From positions 21,858,745 to 21,888,533 of the forward strand of contig NC_057749.1 in NCBI RefSeq assembly GCF_004010195.1: a stretch of DNA of 29,789 nucleotides. The letters are read 5' to 3'. A program made the translations under genes and the position numbers. The notes below the pieces were generated by a model. That model was not told where the DNA came from. It was given only the letters and a program-made list of their open reading frames with translations, and did no database searches. Shown piece by piece: positions 22,737 through 29,789 of this stretch (positions are counted from its first letter, which is position 1; every line of letters begins with the position of its first letter). The DNA is from Chiloscyllium plagiosum. Lineage: Eukaryota.

Positions 22737-23427
22737 TACCCCTGCTAATTTAAACCAGCCACACGGCACAAGTTCACCTCACGCCATCATCTGTTAAAAT
22801 TCAAGAGGCAAAGAACTCTCCCAGAGGTCACTATTTAAAGTAAAAATTAACAATTTTATTCTTTAAGTCCAACAGAGAATATTAAAACCAACAACTATTT
22901 ACAACCCCTTTCTCTTAAACCTATCTTTTACCTCCCACTGTACATTACTAGTCCCGATAAAAAAATGTTTAAGATTTTTTTAAAAATCACGTTTAAAAAG
23001 ACCAGTCAGCTTTAACAATTCTTCTTTGTAGGTTTTTCTCTGTAGATGTTCTCTGGGTCAGTTTCCATGTTCTGCTACACAAACTTATGGACAGATACCT
23101 CTCAGAGAGCTGTTCTGCTGGCAGTCTGTACTCGTTTGACAGTTCTCTCTCTAACTGCTCAAAATGTCTGGTTTTACACCTCAAAACATCGGATCATTTC
23201 ATTGGTGTTAATATTATCAAGATACTAAACTCAAATTAGATTGGATTTTGGTATCTTGGGGCATAATTCAAACTGAATGGCCACATTTGAATTTGGTTTT
23301 GTATCATGGCAATCCATCAGCTGCTATTTGTTTCAACCAAGTGTTACAGGACTCTTTGTGCTTTGTCAATCCATGTTAGCTTTTCAACTTTCTTAAAGGT
23401 ACAGTATTCCTCTACACCTTCATGATA
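22737..23427 (-). mobile_element. Second copy of solo LTR B family, 3' terminus damaged
   Basis: Reverse complement begins tatcatgaaggtgtagaggaatactgtacctttaagaaagttgaa versus tgttatgaagatgtaaggggatactgtagctttaagaaagttgaa at 19693; collinear to ggtttaaattagc. Confidence 0.88.
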
Positions 23428-23804
23428 ATATTCATTGAGATGAGTGATGTCTGTCAGTGAGGAGAATGGTTGGCAGGATGGCTGAATTGTGAACACACCT
23501 TTCTGATCTGTCAGGTGCTGGAGTAGGATTATGAATCCAGAGCATCTAGATCAAATGCATGGTCGCTACCCACTGCATCATTAGACCCCTTTCAGAGTTT
23601 TGATAATAGCCATCATAAACAAAGACATCCACTACCAAACACAGCACTGACATTCATTTGGTGCCCATGTAAATACACAGCTTCAAAAAACTGGATTCGA
23701 ATATTGAAAATTCCATCCTGGCTGCTGCCATGTTCAGTGGGAACACGCAGAAAATTAGCTTGCAAGTATAACAAGCTATTATTAAGATTAACACTCAAAG
23801 CTTA

Positions 23805-24430
23805 TTTAGCCAAACGTCATTTAAACTTAGTAACTGTGCCTGCATCCACCACTTTCTCTCACAGTCTGTGTCACACATAAACCACTCTCTGTGTAAAAAA
23901 GTTGCCCCTCACATCCTGTTTAAATCTTTCTCCTCTCACTTTAAAAACAGGTCCCTCATTTTGAATTCCCCACACCCTAGGGTAAAGACCCTTGCTATGC
24001 ACCTTATCCATGCCCCTCATGATTTTATAAACCTCAAAAAGGTCACCCCTCAAACTCCTGCGCTACGGTGAAAAATGCCCCAGCTTTTCCAGTCTATTTT
24101 TATATCTCAAACCTTTCATTCTTGGCAACATCCTGGTAAAACTGTCCTGAACCTTCTCCAGTTTAATAATATCCTTCGAATAACAGGGTGACCAGAACTG
24201 GACACAATACTCCAGAAAAAACTAGGAGAGAGTGCAGATGCTGGAGATCAGAGCTGAAAAATGTGCTGCTGGAAAAGCGCAGCAGGTCAGATTCCTGAAG
24301 AAGGGCTTATGCCTGAAACGTCGATTCTCCTGCTTCTTGGATGCTGCCTGACCTGCTGCGCTTTTCCAGCAACACATTTTTCAGCACAGTACTCCGGAAG
24401 ATGCCTTACCAACATCCTGTACAACATGTC
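23805..24430 (-). mobile_element. CR1 3' region with Penelope-like insert
   Basis: RGDLFEVYKIMRGMDKV..FKVRGERFKQDVRGNFFTQRVV. Confidence 0.9.
24224..24385. mobile_element. Inverted Penelope-like pLTR-only insertion with hammerhead core at 24295-24322
   Basis: CTGAAGA-agggcttatgcct-GAAACGTC; near-TSD cacaatactccagaa (24203-24217) / cacagtactccggaa (24385-24399). Confidence 0.85.
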
Positions 24431-24624
24431 CTTCTGAAGTCTATTGAATACAGACCCAGTCAAACCAATCTCTCCTCACAGGATAGTCCTGTCATTCCTG
24501 GTATCTGTCGAGAGGATCTCCACTACATTCCCACGATGGCAAGTGTGTCCTCTCTTAAGTAGAGAGAGCAACACTACACACAGTGCTCCAAGTGGGGTCT
24601 CACCACAGCCTTGTATAACTACAG

Positions 24625-24842
24625 AAAGTGAGGCCTGCAGATACTGGAGATCAGAGGCGAGAGCGTGGTACTGGAAAAGCACAGCAGGTTCAGACAGCAT
24701 CCGAGGAGAAGGAGAATCTATGTTTCGGGCATAAGCCCATCAGGAAAATCTTGATGAAGGGCTTATGCCCGAAACATAGATTCTCCTTCTCCTCCGAGGC
24801 TGCCTGACCTGCTGTGCTTTTCCAGCACCACACTCTCGACCC
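24625..24842. mobile_element. Inverted Penelope-like pLTR-only insertion with two head-to-head degenerate hammerheads
   Basis: Perfect 13-bp TSD tgtataactacag at 24612-24624 and 24843-24855; sits in an old minus-strand CR1 remnant (~24430-24960). Confidence 0.9.
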
Positions 24843-25009
24843 TGTATAACTACAGTAAAACATCCCAAACATCCCAACTTCTGAACTCAAGTCCTCTTGC
24901 AAATAGAGTCATATGCACATTACCTTCCTAAATGTTCGCTGCACGCGACTGTCTCCTTCTGTCGCCTGATGCCCTATCAACAAATGAAATAAATAAACAA
25001 ATAATTGAA

Positions 25010-25620
25010 AGAGATTCAATGTGGACCTGTTAAAATAAAAACACTAACATGGATGAATATATTGCTGAGGGAATGGAGAGAGTGAACATTGTGCCCGTGG
25101 GAATCCAATAGACTTTTGACAACATGTCAGGCTGGTTAGTCTAGCTAATGTTCAAGAGGAATAAGGAGCATAACTACAAGATAGACTAAGGGATCAAAAC
25201 TGGCAATGTGAGGATCAGCACAGAAGATATTGACTCCAGAATTTGGAGCTTGCAGTTATGTTGATAGTTTGAGAATCTGGGTCAGAGATCGCAGAGAGGA
25301 AGTTTGATAGAGATTTTCAAAATCAGGAAGTGTTCAGATAGAATGCATATGGAGTGATGGCTTGCTATGATTTGAAGGATCCATGCCAAGGGGCACAGGT
25401 TGAAGGTGAGTGGCAAAAGGAAAACCGGAGGAGATTTGAGGCAAGGTTCTATTACTCAATAAATGATTAGGAATTGTAATCCATTCCCTGATCAGGAAGT
25501 GGGCATTGACCCAGGGGTGACCATGGAGAGAGAATTGGGCAGCTACTTGATGGAAGAAACCTTGCAAAGAGTTGGGAAATGATTTGGAGATTCGAGCATA
25601 CATTAGTTTAATTGGAGAGT
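25010..25620 (+). mobile_element. Very old CR1 fragments
   Basis: atccaatagacttttgacaa (DFQKAFD-like), agagaggaagtttgatagagattttcaaaatc (RGDLIEVFKI-like). Confidence 0.55.
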
Positions 25621-25639
25621 GGGGCTGAATCCTCACAGT

Positions 25640-26260
25640 AAGTACAAGGACATACGAAATAAGAGCAGAAACAGGCCATTTGGCCCTTTGAGACAAATCT
25701 ACCATTCATTGTGGCTGATCTGTTTGTGCTCCCAGTCCCAATTTGATGTCTATCCTCCCATGACCCTTGACTTCCAGAAGTTCAGGCAAACTCGACCTCG
25801 AATATATTCGATGATCCAGTCTCCTGTGCTCTCTCGGGTGAAAGATTCCAAAGGTTACTGACCCCAGGAGAGAAGCAATGCCTGCTCATCTCAATAGAAA
25901 ATCTTCTTCTGGAACTGTGCCTTGTCATTCTGGATTTCCACATCCTCTGAGCACCTTATGTGTTGCAACTAGGTCACCTCTCATCCTTCTAAACTCCAAT
26001 AAGTCTCGGCCCAACCTGCTCGAGCAAAGATTTTCTCTCAGAAATCATCCTGGTAAACCTTCTCTGAGCTGTATCAAGTCAAGTGATATTGACTTGTATG
26101 TTCCTTGTATATTCTTTGTTAAATGGGAAGTTCAAAAATATATATGGTGCTCTGTGTGTTGCTTCAGTACAACTTCTATTCTCCAATCGCCCCACAAGCA
26201 AAGGTCAACATTATATTTGCCTTTCCAATTCCTTACAGTGTCAGCTAATTAACTTCCTGT
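25640..26260 (-). mobile_element. Old CR1 3' end
   Basis: Reverse-complemented tail gaaataagagcagaaacaggccatttggccc, then ORF2 C-terminal remnant. Confidence 0.6.
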
Positions 26261-27737
26261 CTCTCGGAAAGAGGCTACCACACCTCTCTGTGGCACAGCA
26301 TTCTGCGATCTCAGAGTCTGGGTCTCATAATGAACACAAGAACGTAAGAAATGGGATCAGAAATGGTCTTCCCAGATGTAGAAGGGAGTTGTAGTCGTTC
26401 AGGCCCAAAGCACTGAAAAAGAACCCTTTGGCCCATTATGCCTGTGCCAGTCAAAAACAGCCAGCTGACGATTCTAATCCCAGGGTCAAAATGCAATAAT
26501 TAAAATGAATTGGCATGAGTCAGACTTATTAGGAGACCTTTGTAGAAGGTAGGACTTGAACCCAGACTTTCTATCTCAAGAGAAAAGGACACCATCACTT
26601 TGTTGTGAGAGCCCATTTTAAATAGCTGATATGTTTATACCAATTACAGGCTAATTTGCTGTCAAATGTTTCCACTTGCTAGCTGCTTTGTGCATCTCCT
26701 TGGGGAGAGGTGACGATACAATGACAGACGTGTACTTTTGTTTACATTCTTTTATTTTAATCTGCGCATTTATAACTTGCTGGCTTTTTGCCAAAGAGCA
26801 GAGCAGCTGACAATGTTCGAAACTATGCTGGTTCGAGGTAGAGAGAGGGAAGGGATGGGGGGGGGGTGGTCCCAATAAGGATTAATGTCCAGTGTTGCTG
26901 CATCCACTCACTGGATAGTACAGAAATCACTGGGATACTAGTCCTAAAGCTGAGAATTTGGATGCAGTCTGCAAAACACTGGGGGAAAGATTTGTGTGGA
27001 TTTGCTCAAAGATGTTGCATCAACACGACCCGCTAATGACAGACGATAAACATCATCCCTGATGTGCTTTTATCAGCAAAATCGAGGGAGGTGGGGAGTG
27101 GAGCGGGGAGGAGGCGTTGGGAGAGAACTTCAGGTACAGCAGCCAAATTCCAATTAAAAGCTGAAAAATGTCACCTTGGATCAGGCGGAGAATGAGGATC
27201 CAGATACTCATGCCTTGTTACCTTCACAAGCAGATGTGTCTTGAAATGTACAACTTGGGCTATCAGCTTTCCCAGAGGACTTACATCCCACATCATTGTG
27301 AAATAATGACTGCAGCCTCTGGGACTAGCTGAACGAAACACGCTCGTTCCTTTTTAACCACTTCAGCCCCAGCTGCTGTGCCCTCTGAATGCCACACCGT
27401 CATTCTCTCAACAGGGGGAGAAATTGCCAAATCGCACCTTCCCTTCCCCCCCCCTCCAACTTAATGGCGGATGTAATGGGTACATTGCGTGTGTCGTACA
27501 TTTTATAACAACCCATTTTCCAGTACAGTTCCTCACCCGCACAGAGACACCCCAGGTGACGTGGGAGAGAAACTGGAAAAGTTGTAATTGGCAAGACAGT
27601 CTGGAGATAGCCTAGATCCTAACTTCTATCTTATTTAAAGTTAAGTGTAAGTTCCAGATGTTCCAGATGTGATTCAATTGGTCAAACTACTAGGGGTTTA
27701 AGCAAAACACACTTTATTCTTACACCACTGATAAAGT

Positions 27738-27946
27738 TAAAAAAATACACAACACCAGGTTATAGTCCAACAGCTTTATTTGGAAGCACCAGCTTTTACA
27801 GCACCGTCCCTTCATCACTGCTACCTGAGGAAGGAGCAGCGCTCCAAAAGCTAGTGCTTCCAAATACACCTGATGGACTATAACCTGGTGTTGTGTGATT
27901 TTTAACTTTGTCCACCCCAGTCCAACATCGGCTTCTCCACATCATG
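27738..27946. mobile_element. Inverted pLTR-only insertion of a second Penelope-like family, with mutated hammerhead at 27825-27853
   Basis: Arms cacaacaccaggttatagtcca / tggactataacctggtgttgtg; CTGAGGA-aggagc-agc-gctcc-aaaagcta; near-TSD accactgataaagt (27724-27737) / accacaggtaaagt (27947-27960). Confidence 0.75.
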
Positions 27947-27991
27947 ACCACAGGTAAAGTACAAACAAAAAAAAAACAATTGATATTACCT

Positions 27992-29290
27992 TAGGGATTG
28001 GTGCTGGGTCCTCTTTTCTTTGTCATTTATATAAATGATTTGGATGAGAATATAGAAGCATGGTTAGTAAGTTTGTGGACGTCACCAAAATTGGTGGCGA
28101 AGTAGACAGCGAAGAAGGTTTTTCCAAGATTACAAAAGGATTTTGATCAAATGGGTCAATGGGCTGAGCAATGGCAGATGGAGTTCAATTTGGATAAATG
28201 TGAGGTATTGCATTTTGGCACAAGAAGGGTAAGACTTATACAGTTAATGGGAGGGCCTTGGGGGATGTTGTACAACAGAAAGACATAAGGGCAGGTATGT
28301 AAGTCTTTGACGTTTGTGTCACAGGTAGACCGGGGGTTAAGAAGGCGTTTAGCATGCTTGCCTTCATTGCTCAGACCTTTGAGTAACGGAGTGGAGATGT
28401 CATGTTGAGATTGTACAAAACATTGGCGAGGCCTCTTCTGTAGTAATGTGTCCAGTTCCGGTTACTCAGTTATAGGAAGGATATCATTAAGCTGGAGAGG
28501 GTTCAGAAGAGAACCAAGATGTTGCAGGGTATCCTTTGTTGGTCAGAGCATTGAGTACAGGAGTTAGGAGGTCATGTTGCAGCTGTACAGGACATTGGTT
28601 AGGTAACTTTAGAATACTGTGTGCAGTTCTGGTTTCCCTCCTCTTGACAGGATGTTGTGAAACTTGAAAGGGTTCAGAAAAGATTTACGAGGATGTTGCC
28701 AGGGTTGGAGGATTTCAGCTATAGGGAGAGGCTGAACAAGCTGAGGCTAATTTCCCTGGAGTGTCAGAGGCTGAGGGGTGACCTTATAGAGGTTTATAAA
28801 ATCATGAGGGGCATGGATAGGGTAAATAGACAAAAATCTTTTCCCTGGGGTGGGGAAGTCCAGAACTAGCGGAGATAGGTTTAGGGTGAGAAAGGAAAGG
28901 TTTAAAAAGAGCCTAAGGGGCAACTTTTTCACACAGAGGCTGGTGCGTGTATGGAATGAGCTGCCAGAGGAAGTGGTCGTGGTTGGTATAATTACAGCAT
29001 TTAAAAGGCATCTGGATGGGTACACGAATAGGAAAGGTGTAGAGGAGTATGGGTCAAGTGCTGGCAAATGGGACTAGATTAGGCTAGCATATCTGGCTGG
29101 CATGGACGAGTTGGATCGTAGGGGCTGTTTCTGTGATGTACATCTCTGTGACTGTATGGGTCTGTGAAGTTTGACTCATAAAGAAAGGCTGGATGTGCTG
29201 GGACTTTTTTTACTGGAGTTTAGGAGGTTCAGAGATGACCTGATCGTAGTTTATAAAATAATGGGAGGTATAGATAGGCTTAATGATAAC
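27992..29290 (+). mobile_element. CR1 RT/C-terminal fragment (pieces ~27992-28532 and ~29163-29290) interrupted by a younger CR1
   Basis: GLVLGPLXFVIYINDLD..SKFVDVTKIG; KMLQG at ~28530 continues as KERLDVLGLF at ~29180. Confidence 0.8.
28533..29162 (+). mobile_element. Younger 5'-truncated CR1 LINE with 3' tail
   Basis: KLERVQKRFTRMLPGLE..RLRGDLIEVYKIMRG..GNFFTQRLVRVWNELP and tail. Confidence 0.93.
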
Positions 29291-29299
29291 TGTTAGCAC

Positions 29300-29789
29300 T
29301 ATTATGGTAGTTTGGCGCACTGACTGCTACACTGCTGAAGCCAGGCACCAACTTGAAGAGACCTCCCCCGGGCCACAACCTCACCACCCATCACCAAACC
29401 ATGATCTCCCAGACCGTACACAACCTCATTACCTCAGGGGATCCCCTATTCACAGCTTCCAACCTCATAGTCCGGGAATCCCGCACTGGCCGGTTCTACC
29501 TCCTACCCAAGATCCACAAGCCTCAGCTGACCTATCATCTCAGCCTGTTCCTGCCCCACTGAATTCATCTCCATCTACTTTGATATTGTCCTATTCCCCC
29601 CCCCACCCCACTCCAGGAACTCCCCACGTACGTTCGGGACACCACCCACACCCTCCACCTCCTACAAGACTTCCATTTCCCTGGCCCCTAACACCTCATC
29701 TTCACCATGGACATCCAGTCCCTCTACACCTCCATCTACCATGACCAGGGCCTCCAAGCCCTCCTTTTCTTCCTCTCCCAACCTCCCCA
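29300..29789 (+). mobile_element. Penelope-like element RT ORF fragment, decayed, runs off the window
   Basis: VVWRTDCYTAEARHQLE, RTGRFYLLPKIHKP, QELPTYVRDTTH and IFTMDIQSLYTSI across frameshifts are hallmark Penelope RT motifs. Confidence 0.9.

Noticed and set aside
26845..27125. G-rich tracts as functional G-quadruplexes or promoter
   Set aside because: Short low-complexity runs with no CpG island or other support.
27168..27332. Short ORF (MSPWIRRRMRIQ...) as a host exon
   Set aside because: No recognisable domain and no convincing splice signals.
29283..29744. 153-aa Pro/His-rich ORF as a host protein
   Set aside because: Mostly an off-frame reading of the C-rich Penelope RT fragment.

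Overview
Repeat-dense eukaryotic non-coding DNA (intergenic or intronic), almost certainly from a cartilaginous fish. This is inferred from the combination of HE1-type V-SINEs and HER1/CR1 LINEs, which share a 3' tail. I can support no host exon and no intact protein-coding gene: all recognisable ORFs are decayed retrotransposon fragments. The window holds many CR1 LINE fragments of different ages, 11 HE1-type SINE copies, a second tRNA-head SINE family and a Rex1/Babar 3' end. It also has two solo-LTR families nested inside a CR1, a 35/36-bp hairpin minisatellite, a Penelope-like RT fragment at the right edge and a 68-nt N gap. The most interesting signal is a set of short Penelope pseudo-LTR-only insertions. 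They carry minimal hammerhead ribozyme cores and are flanked by 11-15-bp target-site duplications. Most are inverted hairpins whose short arm stops exactly at the boundary of a ~35-nt tail. Three repeat-free islands look enhancer-like. Boundaries of old repeats are approximate (read by eye). TSD and terminal-repeat coordinates were counted directly.
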